From the NCBI RefSeq assembly GCF_009914755.1, contig NC_060945.1: a DNA stretch of 64,000 nt, one strand, 5' to 3'. Shown in pieces: positions 1 to 14,450 of the stretch. Source of the DNA: the human T2T-CHM13v2.0 reference genome, Homo sapiens. Both the position numbers and the translations under genes were made by a program. Numbering within the stretch: the stretch's first letter is position 1; each line of letters begins with the position of its first letter. Under the pieces are notes generated by a model, which searched no databases, was not told the origin of the DNA, and saw only the letters and a list, made by a program, of their open reading frames with translations.

Positions 1-385
1 AAACTTAATATATATTTCATGAGTAAGAGATATATTATTATGCTAACTTACTATCAGAACTCTAATCAGAACTCTTTCTCTACAGTTTGATGCTTGAGGT
101 GACACATTGCTTTTATGACCTTGTATTGTCAATATTTTCAGTACTTGTGAATGCTAAAAAGGAATAACTGAGACTGCACTATTTATAACATATATAAAAT
201 AGCCTGCTCTCATTGGTACAATGTTTTTTAATGTTTTTTTCATTCCCAGCAATGGATATTACTAGTTTTTGCCTATTACTTCTTTTGATTACTTCTGATT
301 GCTTTGATCTGCAGAATGTTTTACCCTTCTCATTCAAAAATATAAAATAAATTACAAACAAATCCCAGATGAACTAGCATTGTAA

Positions 386-746
<361 letters not shown>

Positions 747-1140
747 TGGAATACTATTTCTAACTTAATTTTCTTGGTGTGGAAAAAGTATGTTGTTAAG
801 GGAGAAAAACTCATCTCCAAATGTCATGTACACAATAGTAAACAATTGAATTTGCAAGTTTTAGGAAAATCTTGAAAGCACAATTCATTGGCATCGAAGT
901 AGGGTTTATGACGCTGTCTTGATATTAAGAAATAAAGTTGTTATTGCTTCATAAGTTACAATTGCAAACAACTCAAAATCCGTGTTGCAAAGTGACATAA
1001 AAGTGACAAGAAAAACAATGTGAAAAGAGACAAAAGAAAACATATACAATAAATATTAAAAAGTGAGCAAGTCCTAAAATATGTTCATTTGCATTAAGTT
1101 CTAAGGAATATTGTTAATTCACTTAGTTTCTGAATTTTAT

Positions 1141-1403
1141 TTTATTTTATTTTAATAATAATTATTATTATTTGAGATGGAGTCTTGCTCTGTTGCCCAG
1201 GCTGAAGTGCAGTGGCATGATCTCAGCTCACTGCAATCTCCACCTCCCGGTTCAAGTGATTTCCGTCTAATTTTTGTAATTTTAGTAGATACCTGGTTTC
1301 ACCGTGTTGGCCCGGCTGGTCTTGAACTCCTGACCTCAAGTGATCCACCCGCCTCAGCATCCCAAAGTGCTAGGATTACAAGCATGAGCCACCACGCCCA
1401 GCC
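1141..1403 (-). mobile_element. AluS (Sx/Sz-like), antisense, with an internal deletion of about 50 bp
   Basis: Alu arms. TSD GTTTCTGAATTTTAT at 1126-1140 and 1406-1420. Right-arm segment missing at about 1262. Confidence 0.93.
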
Positions 1404-1874
1404 TGGTTTCTGAATTTTATGTAACAGAATATGGCAACAATTATTAATTGTTTTCACTGGAGAAAACGTAGTGCTAATAAATCATATCATTGACATTTAA
1501 AAATATTTTGGCATTTTACCTTCCATAACATGTAATTATATTTTGGAGATCAACAACTAGTTACCAAATCTAAGCCACCCTATAGTGAGCAATTTGGTGC
1601 ATCTATATCTACAAATATATTGTTTCATTCATCATTCTGCATTACATTTTTAAAAGGCCAAGTAATTGTTTTTACTCTCTTTTAGATCTTTTTAAATCTA
1701 TTTTATATTATGTTAATAAATTTAATTTTTCCTTTCTAATTATTGTAGCACGTTTTCTCTATAAAATAGTAACTTATTTAGCATATATAAAATGTTAGCA
1801 TATTATTGGAGCATATTTTCCTTACAAAACAGTAACTTAAAGGTTAAGGTACGTCTCCTTAAATACCTCAGAAA

Positions 1875-1902
1875 ATGAAGCTTATTATTTTTTATCTTCC
1901 AG
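1875..1902 (+). promoter_or_regulatory. NCAM2: 3' splice acceptor of the last NCAM2 intron
   Basis: cttattattttttatcttccag immediately precedes the in-frame coding sequence. Confidence 0.9.
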
Positions 1903-2014
1903 AAAATTGCCTTTAAAGGAAGAAGATGGGAAAGAAGCTCTAAATCCAGAAACTATAGAAATTAAAGTTTCTAACGACATCATTCAATCAAAAGAAGACG
2001 ACAGCAAAGCATAA
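1903..2014 (+). CDS. NCAM2: Terminal coding exon of neural cell adhesion molecule 2 (cytoplasmic C-terminus of the transmembrane isoform)
   Basis: Polypyrimidine tract plus AG (ttttttatcttccag, AG at 1901-1902). Codons from 1904 read [36 protein letters not shown], stop TAA at 2012-2014. I recognise this peptide as the human NCAM2 C-terminus. Absent from the ORF track because it is short and has no start codon. Confidence 0.95.
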
Positions 2015-2179
2015 CAACAATATTACAGGGGCTTGAACAACACTACGAAGAGTATTTGGATTGCGTGACCCTATGACCAAAACTATTCCATTGACCTTAA
2101 TTTCTTGGGAAACTTCTAGCTTGGAATAGCTTGTACACATATACATATGATCAAATACTCCTGCCCATGATCCATTCCC

Positions 2180-2213
2180 TTTTGTTATTGTTGTTGTTGT
2201 TGCTGTTGTTGTT
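2180..2213 (+). repeat. (TTG)n microsatellite in the 3' UTR
   Basis: ttgttattgttgttgttgttgctgttgttgtt. Confidence 0.85.
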
Positions 2214-4215
2214 AATTTTGTTAAGAATTTCAATATCAAGACTGACTGGCACCAACACTTTGGTATTCAATTTGATTCTATGACTGAAGTACTGGAATTT
2301 ATTATGTGGCTAAAGTGCTCTATTTATTAAGAACTATATTTAATACCACCAACAAATATAGGGGTTAAGGAAAAAAAACGTGAGCTACATGTGTAAGAAG
2401 GCCCTGCATGTGTATGAGTCCTATTCTGGGCAAATAGATTCTTAAAGTGGCTTTCAACTTCAAGATGAAGGAGCTTAATAATGGTTACTCATTTTATCAG
2501 GGGAATTTCAGGGAACGTAGGCGTCCAAGAGCCAGTTATCTTTAGCAGATATTAAAAATTGAAAACTTTGGAGAACTCATTTCAAGTTATGATTCAGTGC
2601 ATTTTCAACATTGATTTTTGATAGACTGAAGTGCCAGATCAAAATTGTTACCCATTTGAAAGAATATTAGTTGTATATAAAATTAGATTAGAAAGACTTT
2701 CTAAATCTCTATCTCTTTATATATGTCCTATTCATTCACAATGGATTATACAAAAAAAAGTGTATTGCAAGTGAAATAATATTGATTTCTGCCCTCAGCT
2801 TCAAATAAAGTAAATTGAAATGGGAACAATATCAATATGGTGTCTTGATATATTTATAAATATGTGATTATCATTTATTTTTAAAATAATTTATCAAAAA
2901 ACAAGTCTTTAGTGTTCAAATACTTCAAATCATATCCTCAGATATATTTTTAGCCCATGGTTTTATATAATCTTTAAGAACTAATTTTACCACTGTTATA
3001 GGTTCACCATTAAATATAATTGGCTAATAAAAATTTTAAGGTTGACTAAATTAAGAAGAAATTATTTAACATTTTAATGTGCCATAAAAGAGTAAATGAT
3101 AAATAATTAAATGCCACTATGTGTTCTATTCCGGATGTTCTAGCTAGAAGTCATTTTAAGATTTTGATAAACAACTTTGGTTGAAGAAATTCCTTAAGTA
3201 TTCAACACAAACTTTCTAATATCTTTTGTTAGGGTTATACCAGAATAAAATGCTTCTTTACTTCCAAGCTATGCAAGCTCCCAGAGGTAATAGAGTGACA
3301 CATGATTTAACTTATATGTAAGGTTTAAAAAAGTATTTATCATTATAAACATACATACCATTTGGGAGCAGGTTTATTAACCTTGAGAGCCAAAGGTTTC
3401 CTTAGGCCCTGTAACATTCAGAACCTTTGGTGTTTCAGGTGGTATTATAGCTCAAATAGTGACAGGACAGGGAATGCGTTCCAAAGGAATATTGGAGCAA
3501 TTTTAACATTGCAGAAACCTGCTCTGGGTGTGTCTCTCTGTAGAGATAACCTGATGATTATTAAATGTAAAATTAAGGCAACTCATGAATATTTTTATTT
3601 ACAAAGTGCTTGAAACTCAGCCAAGGAGAGAAAACTAAGTACTTTTATATAATTCATCACTTTTCTGGCTACAGCAGGACAGAATATGACCATCTTCGTT
3701 TGAAGGCACCAAATCGTCGCAGTGTCTTTGCCATAAGTTGCAGGGTTAAATGCGGAAATCTCTCCTTGCGTTCCTGTCTGGCGTATTCTGAAGAAAAGAA
3801 CAGAATTCTTGTGCCTACCTAAGAATTTGAGTAGTGTCTAAACAAACAAAGCAGTTAGGTCATTTTAACTGACTTGATTATCCAACTGGTCTTTGACAGA
3901 TTTGACTGTTCATATTTAGTTTATGTTTGTCTGATCATCCAGTTTGCTTTATTTTGCTGTGTTTTATTTTGTTGTTTGTTTTGTTTTGTACCAGTGTACT
4001 AAAACTAGTCAAAATACTTGAATTAGTTTGTTTGTGCAAAGTGTACAAGCTTAGTAAAGTGTCCATGAAGCAATAGCCATGAATGCTAATTATTTCTAAA
4101 TAGGGCCACATGGTTTTAAACTAATGATGGTGAAAGAAATACGATGACTGAGAAAGTCATTTCGCATGTTTACTATTGTTATATTCGTGCTTTACTTCAA
4201 GAGTGCAGAAATCAT

Positions 4216-4221
4216 AATAAA
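4216..4221 (+). terminator. Candidate proximal polyadenylation signal
   Basis: AATAAA followed by T/GT-rich sequence (ttttgtgttttct...tttctgtttct). Confidence 0.55.
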
Positions 4222-4309
4222 TAACAAACTATTTTTGTGTTTTCTCAATGTGACATTTCTGTTTCTCTCATTTATTCGGATTTTCCTTGTAAAGAAATTG
4301 ACATATATT

Positions 4310-4364
4310 TCATATATATATACACATATATATATATACACATATATATACATATATATATATG
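4310..4364. repeat. (TA)n/(CA)n microsatellite
   Basis: catatatatatacacatatatatatacacatatatatacatatatatatatg. Confidence 0.9.
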
Positions 4365-7300
4365 ATGTTAAATTTCCTGCCACTCATGTGGAGTAATGAT
4401 CTGAAATTAACAGATAATCTGAAGCTAATTATATTCAGACTATTTCAAGTGCACTGTTTCAGTTGCCCGGGTGGTCCTTACCTCTTGTCCTTGAAATCCA
4501 TGCCATGCTGAAGCAAGGCAATACTGTGATAAAGTATTTTTTTTAATATTTCAATGGAATGCTCCAAATGATTTATAAAAATTTCAAAATAAAAGATGGC
4601 TTGTAGTAAATTGTAAAATATGAGTATAACTGAAATAACCTGTTTCATTCTTATTCTAGATTAAACAAACATATACATATAACCATATAAATGTTATTTT
4701 TATTGTCTGAGAGTACTCTTAAATATTAGTATAAAGTGTCAAAAGAATTGACTGAATATAAGTACTGTTAAAATAATTTGAACCCTATGATATTTTAAAC
4801 CAAGAGGCAAAGATATCACCTAAAACTTGGTATTTCTTGATAGGTTAGGTGCAATTAGGCAGTGACAATCTGTATTCAACAACATATAAGAGGAAAGAGT
4901 AATATCAGAATTTTGACACAAATTAATGTGTCAACATATTTTACAATGATTGTCAAAGGAATTTAAGAATTGTATTTTTAAAGATTTATTTATTATTTTT
5001 GTGGGCTAAGACATTGCCATTCTATTGATACTAATGTCTAACATTAATGTTTCTTGTTTTCTTTTATTTTTAATATTAATAACTATAAAAGCATTTTTCA
5101 AAGGCTATTTGATCCAGCACACTTCATATGGATCTTAGTCTTTGAATTAAATATTTATATAAATAGATTTCATTAATCAAATTATTTATTTGTGTGCCAA
5201 CAATTAATTGTAACTTTATGATCATATCTTTGTTTATGCTTCTTATTTTAAATAATTAAGATGTATCTGTGCCTTTTAATTAGCATGACAGTCTGCTTTA
5301 TTAAAAGAAAAAAACTACAATTAACATCATTACTAGTATATTTTGCTTAGATTTGAGATACTCAAATGATGCTGTCTTATTTACAGTCAGTAATTAAGTT
5401 CAATTCAAACTATTTTACCTTGAATATAAAATCTAAATATAATAAACTATACTGTATAATTTACTTTAATTCATGTCAAAACAATTCTTTTTATACACAC
5501 ACATGAAATATTCTTAATCTGTTCTGTATTGTTTTTCTAAACAATAAATACATTCTAGATATTGTTGAAATTAAATTTTGCCAGTTGTAAGACAAAGACA
5601 ACAGATAACTTTTGAAAATCAAGCAAATTACTATGGTGTTTCTTGGGTCTTCATTATTCCATTTATATATATTTTTTATTTCGAATAATAAATCAACCTT
5701 TATTTTTGGCAATAAGATTATCACTGACGAAAATATGTACAGTTCAAGAAGTAGAAATAATATTTTCCATTAGTTAATTTAGGAAATATTGGAATAGCAT
5801 ATTATAATTATTTATGAGGTTCCCAATGTTGTTTTTCACAGAAAATAAGGTAAACATTCAACTTAAATCCCCCATGAAGTTTTTTCATGCTCATACTCAT
5901 AATCATTATCACATAATGTGCTTATTCAACAAACTTTGTATCTGGATATATTTTTAACAATAAGTTTGTTAGCATTATTTATTTATCTTTAGAGAGAAAA
6001 TATTTGCATCTGTTTATTTACCCTTTGAAGCATTAATACTTAGTCACTCACATTGAAATTGCATATGGATGTATCAACATAGGCTAAAATTAAATTATGG
6101 ATGTCGCAGAAATGAAATACTTCATCTTAGAAGGTAAAATTTTCAAGAAAGTATTTTATTCATGGACTTAATAATGTCTTAAGATGAAACAATTTTATGT
6201 CCAAATGAGAAATTTATAAAAAGACCCACATATAGTAGTTGCTGAACAAACATAATTTTCTTCCAGCTCCCATCCTTCCTTTTTGAAAAATTGAATTTAC
6301 CCATGTAGATGCAGCTATTTACAATTATACAAGAATGCGAATAGATTAATTATATCTTCTCATATAAAGGCAAAGAATTTTATATTATATATAATGCTAA
6401 ATATTTATTTGATAACACAATATTCTTAGAAAAATAGTTTATTACTTTAGGATTTTATCTATAACATAAATATATTATTTGTTATTACCTCTTTAAATTT
6501 TCATTTTATACAATTTTTGAGATTCTGGCCACACAACATTCAGAATTATTGCTCATGTAAATTTAAATATTGCTACTTATTTTTTTTCTTTTCTGAAATG
6601 AAAACATGAATCTTTTGGCATCTGTTTTTAGCCTCCCATGGAAGACAGTAAGCAAAACCATCACTGTTGGAGAATTTCAAATCACAACCCGACATAGGAG
6701 AGTAGAGAAACAAAGAAATGAGTGGATCTAGAAAGGCAAACTGAATTGCTATATTTGGAATAGCTAAGAAGGACCTGACTTTGAGAAGTGCTAGACCAGG
6801 GACTAGGAACGTTGCTTAGATAAAAATTATGGCCGATTACACTGATGCGAAGGAGAAAACAGTGTAACACAGAGGAGAAAGTTAACAGAGATAGAATCTA
6901 TGATTTAATTTTGCAAATAGTTTTTTTAGAGAACAACATGCATACTATAAAAGAAATGATACTATTAAGAACAAACCTACTTGTTCCAACTCTTAAAGAA
7001 ATATTCATGGTTTAGCATTTGCCTCTAAACCCTGTTAGAAATATGTGAAGTTAGAAATAAAGGTTTTTTTTAAAAAAAGCTTTTTTGGTATGTGAACTGT
7101 ATGCTGTGCTCAGTATGTACTGAAACATACTATCTTTTATTTTCTTTAATTTATATATTCCATTCAAATTCTATATTCTTAAGTTAGCTACCACAACGTT
7201 TTCTTATTGTTTCAATATGGTATGTCCCAATGAAATGCTGTATATATATGTCTAAACTGTAAAAATTATACTGCAAATGTTGAAGTTTTGTATTTATGAG

Positions 7301-7383
7301 AGACATTGAAAGTATGGCTTACAGTATATCAAACTTGTCACACTTCACCATTTGTATATTAATAGTAAAGATACTTTTACTTT

Positions 7384-7389
7384 AATAAA
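7384..7389 (+). terminator. Candidate distal polyadenylation signal
   Basis: AATAAA with several upstream TGTA motifs (CFIm-type) and T/G-rich downstream sequence, close to the boundary with repeat-rich DNA. Confidence 0.65.
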
Positions 7390-7604
7390 GTGTTGCATTT
7401 TATGTTTATTTTGAATAACATTTCTGCAGTGAGCAAGCTTATGGCTTTTCAAATACTTCTGTGTTAAGAAATTTCCAAACATATATCTAGATATTCTAAA
7501 GAAGAGAATGCTTTCTGCCATCTTATCTCTCAATGAGTTACAATCTTTTGGCTTCTACACTGAGCAGAGCTCAGAGAATTAATGAATAAACAGTTGGTTT
7601 AGAG

Positions 7605-7786
7605 CAGTGGTTCTCAAGATGTGACCCCCTAGAGCAGCATTACCTGGGAACTTGTTCGAATTGTAAATTTCTAGACCTCACCAGAGATTCGATCAATCAG
7701 AAGGTTGTAGGAGAGGGCCATGGTAATTTGTGTTTCAATAAGAATTTCTGATGATTCTGATGCACGCTAAAATTTGAGGTCCAATG
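7605..7786. mobile_element. MER5A-like hAT-Charlie DNA transposon (non-autonomous)
   Basis: Begins cagtggttctcaa and ends ttgaggtccaatg (degenerate TIRs). 8-bp hAT-type TSD GTTTAGAG (7597-7604) / GATTAGAG (7787-7794). Confidence 0.85.
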
Positions 7787-9524
7787 GATTAGAGACACTT
7801 TATTTTTTCATTTACCAAATTGTGTTGATCAATTTATAAATGCTAGGCAACCAACTAAATATAGCAGTTATGCTTTAACGCAATGTATGCATTCCCCAAC
7901 AGCATCATATTCTGCAAAATAATGCACTTAATAATAAAAAGACTTGAAGGAAAAATAAGTTTGGAACAAACCAGTCAAAATGTAAACAACTGTGGAACCA
8001 GAGCATTGTCACAAGTTAACAGCAAACAACCATTCTTTAAAAGAGAGTATAAACATTGGAACATATTGAATGATAGTCTATTATTAACTTCTGTTTCAAA
8101 GCTAATCATTTCACACATGATTTCACAAGTACTTTTCATTTTTTAAAACTAGTATAAATGTGACTTACTCTTAAAAACTAAAAATCTGAGTGCCAACTTT
8201 TCACAACGGGGCAATTTTCAATGTAAGCTTTACAAATACCTCAAAATACATACACATATAGAATAAAAATAACATCAAACACTTTGAAAAGTGAAGAAAA
8301 AGATATATATTGTGCTTGGTATTTCAGTATTCTATGTTTATTATAAAGACAATTAAAATAAAATACAAACTATGCCTCATGAAAGAAGCCAAAATTAAGT
8401 CTCTGATGTGTTTTGGAAATTGTGCAGGTAACCCTGATAATATTTTAGAGAATTTCTTCCACATTTTTTCTAACCCAAGGCATTGCCTAAATACAAATTC
8501 TCTTTATTATACATTAAATAATGAACATATTTCTCCTAAGTTTCATGCCATATATGGCCTCAGCATTTTAAATTTCTTTTTTAACATGAGTTTTTAATAC
8601 ACAAATTAAAATGTTCTCAAAATATAAATATTATTTTATATTTTATATGAGGTGTCATATATGTACTCGTCTTTGGCATAAACTTGTTCTTTAATAGAAC
8701 GCATACGTTTGTGTATTTTAACTTTTCTGGATAACTTTAACATCTTCCATAGATAGCCTTTTGCATTTTATTTTTTGGTAGAGTGGCCACTATAATAATA
8801 TAAAATTTATTACACTTTAATTTAGTCTTTAATTTAGATTTTTATTAATATATGGGCTGTAAAGTCAGATATTTCTAGTATTTAAATGTCTTCATATTTG
8901 GAAAACAAGATTAACTTGATTATTTTAGTTTACATCAACCTTTCCAATTCCACCTCCAATTTCCACACTTCCTACTTCTCTCATCTTTCTTTCATCTATC
9001 TCAATCATGACCAATGTCAGAAACTGGCCTGAGAAGTTTGAGATATATAAAGAAAAGGATATTTACCAAAATCAGTCCAAAACATTTGTATACCATCACA
9101 TCTGGAGATGAAGCAAATACCAATTATCTTGGAAGAGTCGTTTTTGAAAATAGAGTTTTTGAAGGAAGTTGCAATTTTCTTTGTGTTGGGAAGCATTGGC
9201 TGAAGAGAAGGAAATAGGCATCTAGTTTGTAAGCAAGGACACAGACTGAACCCACAGAGGGGATGCAACACACATCCAGGGTTTATTCAATGCTGTTTGA
9301 GGAAGCTTTAGCACTAGGTTTGACTATGTGAAGGTCCCCTACTAATTATAAGGGAAGTACTCTCTGAAAAGCATAAAAAAAATTTTCACCAATTCAGAAA
9401 CCAAGAGATCCAAGAGATCCACACATTTACTCAGCAGAAGAGAAAAGAATTTCCTACGTCTTTGCAACCAGGATGCAAAACTGGGATCCTTGGAGTAATA
9501 TTGAAAAACAGATGAGAACCGAGA

Positions 9525-9760
9525 TATTAGAATTAGAATAAACCTAGGTTCACACCCCAATTCCGTTACCTATTACTAGCTCTGAATGTGATAAATTTAG
9601 ATAAAAATTTGCAGCTTTATTTCCTCATGTATAAAATTGTTATCCTAAAGTAAATAATATTCATCTTCAAGAGATGATTTAAAGATTTATTGAGATCATA
9701 TTTATGCAGTTCTTCATGCAATGTCTACCACACAGAAAATACCAATAAATAGTAGCCATG
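9525..9760 (+). mobile_element. MIR SINE
   Basis: Core tttcctcatgtataaaat and 3' caataaatagtagc resemble the MIR consensus. Confidence 0.75.
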
Positions 9761-10820
9761 AGTATCTTTATATCCGCCATATTTCAACATCGATTCTCAG
9801 AGTAAGTTACGTTAGACAGTAACCTATTATTGAATAACAAATTGAAATGTAGTAGTGACTTAAAACATTAACAATGTATTATTTTTTATGATTTCACATA
9901 TTGATTTGAATAAATTCGGTAATTATTTTGCAACATATGATGTAGCTGAGCTCCCTTAAGTGGCTACCAGCTTCTAAAAGGCAACCTTCCAAATGGAAGT
10001 CCCAATATGCAAATGCTCCCCAAGCCTCTATTTGCATCATGCTTGTGATGTTCAGTCAGTCACATTAAATCATATGGATAAGCACATAGTCAATGTGTTT
10101 GCATAGAGGGTGTAAACAAGGGCATAATGCACTGAGCACAATTAATGTCACAATGTAGCTCAATATTCCTTATGTCTCCTAATGTTTCACATCTTTTCCA
10201 CATGCTAAACTCACTCAAACCCTTCCTGAAACTTTCAATGTATATTATTGTGTTATCATGATAAGATTTGAATTTTAGAATTTATTCAACTAAGTTAATC
10301 CCAGGTGATCATAGCATCTCAGGGATTACACCTGGGTTCAATTCTTCAGTGCAGAGTTCTGTCCACTAAAAAGATAATGTAACTCCTTCTGGAAAACTCT
10401 ACAGATAATTATAAGGCAGGAGCAGGATATAACAATAGACACGGCAATTCAAATAATAGGGAAGGAATTGGAGACTTTTGACAGTTATGTGTCTGTAGAA
10501 ATTTTGAGATCCAGTCAGAAAAAAATGACCAATTCCATCACCCACTGCCCCCCACCATCAGCACAGGGAATTTTCCTTAATTAGGGTTTGATTCCATTCC
10601 AAGGGTAAGATAACTATCTATATTGTTCTTCGTATTGTTAGGGTCACTCTTTGAGATATTCCTACTTTTCTATAGGAAAGAGTACGTGATTATAGCTGGG
10701 TAAATTTCTTGGCTTGTTTCTTGGCCAGATGTATTTACTGCCTAGAAAACTATTTTCATTTAAACTTCTTAAGTCCCACTAAATTCAAGCTGATACAACT
10801 TTTTTAAAACAGTGGGAGTT

Positions 10821-10950
10821 CTAGATAGATAGATAGACACACACATATAAACATGTATGTATATATATGTATATAAAAACATGTATGTATATATATGTAT
10901 ATACATACATGTTTATATATATACATATATATACGTATGTGTAAATGTAT
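10821..10950. repeat. (TAGA)n plus (TA/TG)n simple repeat
   Basis: ctagatagatagatagacacacacatataaacatgtatgtatatatatg... Confidence 0.85.
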
Positions 10951-11689
10951 CAAATTATAGTCTACTACATTAGACAAGAACCACACTTAGGAATGTTTTC
11001 AAGATAGTTACTTCTCTGTGGGGCTGCAAAGGGGGATCTTATTATATGATTCCCTTAACAATTTTAAAAGCCCATTTATCCAGTTATAAAAGCCTATAAG
11101 GCACGGCCTTACATTCCCATGTGATCTAACAAAGGACACCCTTGATTTTTTTTTTATCCCCAAACTATGTTTTACTGACAATACCCAGACTTTGATCTTT
11201 GACTCTATGACATTTATTACTTTTGAGAAACTTTTGACAGCTAGAAAGTGTGGGAAAGAGAGAACAAGTCTTTTGTAAGAAATAATCTTCTGAATGCTGC
11301 TTGAAAATTGAGCATATATCTCTCTAGCACGTATGTCTCCTGCAACATCCTATCATACTTGAGAAGAAAAAAAAAGACAATTAGCACTTTCAATATGCTG
11401 CCTTGAAATCTCCTTAGTCACATTCACAAACACATTAGGTACATTTTCTGTTTTCCAATGTATCATAGGCAACAATTTTCCTAAATATCTGCAAACACGG
11501 TTTTCTTTGTCTCCAGTCCCTAACAGCAATTTTCTCACTGCTCTAAGAGACTTCACTAACAGTCTTCTTTCCTCCATTTAGGCCTTTATCTCCCATATAA
11601 TCACAAAGCTGATGACAGAAGGGATATCGTTTTGTTATAATAAGAGCCCACTTGCAGTTTCCAGTTTCGGTTCCACTTATCTATGCCTG

Positions 11690-12503
<814 letters not shown>

Positions 12504-12639
12504 GTCTACATAACAAACCACTGCAAAATATAATGACTAAGAGAATCCCACTTTATTTTATCTGGTAATTCTTTGAATTGACTTGGGTTGATTTTATATA
12601 TTTTTTTCCCTACCTTCCTGGTGTGTTGAAGTCAGTCAC

Positions 12640-14450
12640 TGTATTAGTTGGGGTTCTCTAGAGGAAACCCCTACTGATACTCACCCATTGTTTGCCCGTG
12701 GGTGAGTATTAAGCCTCTACTAAGACCCAGTTTTGGGCCAAAAGCTGTTTCTCGATAGAAGAATAGCTATCTTCAGATAATGCCAGGGTCGTGCTCTAAA
12801 ATCCTAAAAGCTCATGCTGTGACTCTCTTATAGAGTCCTGCCAAAGTCTCCAAAAAATATCCCTATCTGCCACTGACATTTCAAGTACCGTTGAATCTGC
12901 TGGATCATATGGCCCATGTGGCCGAACAGCTTGCCCAGAGCCTGGACCTGTCTTTCTTTTGTTCTAAGCCCTACAAAAAACTAGCAGCTTTTTGGGGTCC
13001 TATTTAAATGGGCTGAAGTAGCATACTAAACTGTGGATTGTGTTGCATTCACAATCTAAGGAAGCCCACTAGGCATTGTGCCTCTTTATTTATTGTGGGA
13101 GACACCAGGTGCAACAACTCATTCATCACTTTAAGATATACCTTTAACATTATTCCTCCCAGTGGACGTCCACAAATTTGTTAGATACAGAATTCTGGAT
13201 TTTAGTAACATTTATTTCTCATCTTTTAACATGTAAAATTCTTATCAATGAGTCTGAATAGCGGCTACTTCTTTCTCACTAGATCCAATTAGTAAAATGT
13301 CATCAATGTAATGGGTCTGTGTGATATCTTGCAGAAGGAAAAGAGGATGAAGATCCCTGCAAGCCAAATTATGATATAAGGCTGGAGAGTTTATATACCC
13401 TGAGGCAAGACAGTGAAGGTAAAGTTCTGGTTTTGCTAGCTGAAAACGAATCACGTCTGGTGGATAGACAGTGTTGGAGAAAAGGGCATTTGCTGTATCA
13501 GTAACTGCATATCACATATCAAGGGATGTGTTAATTTGCCCAAGCAATGAAATAAAAACTACAATGGCATCTGCAATTTGAGTTACCACCTGATTAAGCT
13601 TATGATAATCTGCTGTCATTCTTCAAGATTCACAGGTCTTCTGCAAAAGTCAAATAGGTGAGTTGAAAAATAATGTTGGAATTACCGCCCCTGCAAACTT
13701 TAAAACCTTGATGGTGGCACAAAACTCCGCAGTTCTTCCAGGAATATGATATTGCTTGTTACTTACTATTTTCCCAGGTAAAGGTAGTGATAATGGCTTT
13801 CACTTGGTCTTTCCCACCATAATAGTCCTAACTTTAAGAAGAGACAAAATGCAAGACTGGGCCTTTGATTTGCATTGTACTTCAGCCAGTCACAGGATGA
13901 GGTTTTGAGTTTGATATTCAGCAATTTCAGCCCTGTGACTACAGGAAATAAGATTCTCCTTCTGGGTATACATTGAATGTCTTAAGTTGTTTACTTGATG
14001 CTTGAGCTGAGAACTCAAATGTCTGAGCTCATCTTTTATTCCCCTACTTTGTCCAGTGACATTAGAAAGAACTAACCCATGTTATTATATTTGTTAGTTT
14101 TCCAAAAATGTTTGAAGGTGTCATATACAGTCATCCATCTCCTTACTTTTTGTATTTGGTTGATTAGTAGTATATATTACAGACAGTTTTCATACCTCTA
14201 TAAAGAGTTCACGACGTGGACTATCAGTGCTCTTTACATTACTGGAAATAAAGACATTTGTATCTTTAAATCTAATTGGATTAGAAAGCCTATTCTGGAA
14301 ACCCCAGTATAAATTTTAAAACTCATTCTCAAAATTATTTTCCTCTAGAACCTTTCTTGGTACTGAAATTTATGTTAGTCTGGGTTCCCAGATAAACTAA
14401 ACCTTGAGTTACACGTTTCAGACTTTGCAATGAAGAAACATTACAACAAT
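12640..14450 (-). mobile_element. Deleted ERV-L provirus (MLT2 LTR stubs, leader and pol RT/RNase H remnant)
   Basis: MLT2-type LTR ends at 12640 (tgtattagttggggttctctagagg) and about 14371. Minus-strand translation GYINSPALYHN...HYIDDILLIG, with the YIDD codons at 13299-13310. ERV-L leader-like sequence at 14290-14370. Confidence 0.85.

Larger units (their letters stand above)
2015..7410 (+). other. NCAM2: NCAM2 3' UTR, long form (end approximate)
   Basis: AT-rich stretch after the stop codon with no interspersed repeats I could recognise. It ends near AATAAA 7384-7389, and recognisable transposons start at about 7600. Confidence 0.7.

Noticed and set aside
4166-4396. Overlapping ORFs across the (TA)n repeat, and similar ones at 10804, 14642 and 33665
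   Set aside because: Low-complexity artefacts.
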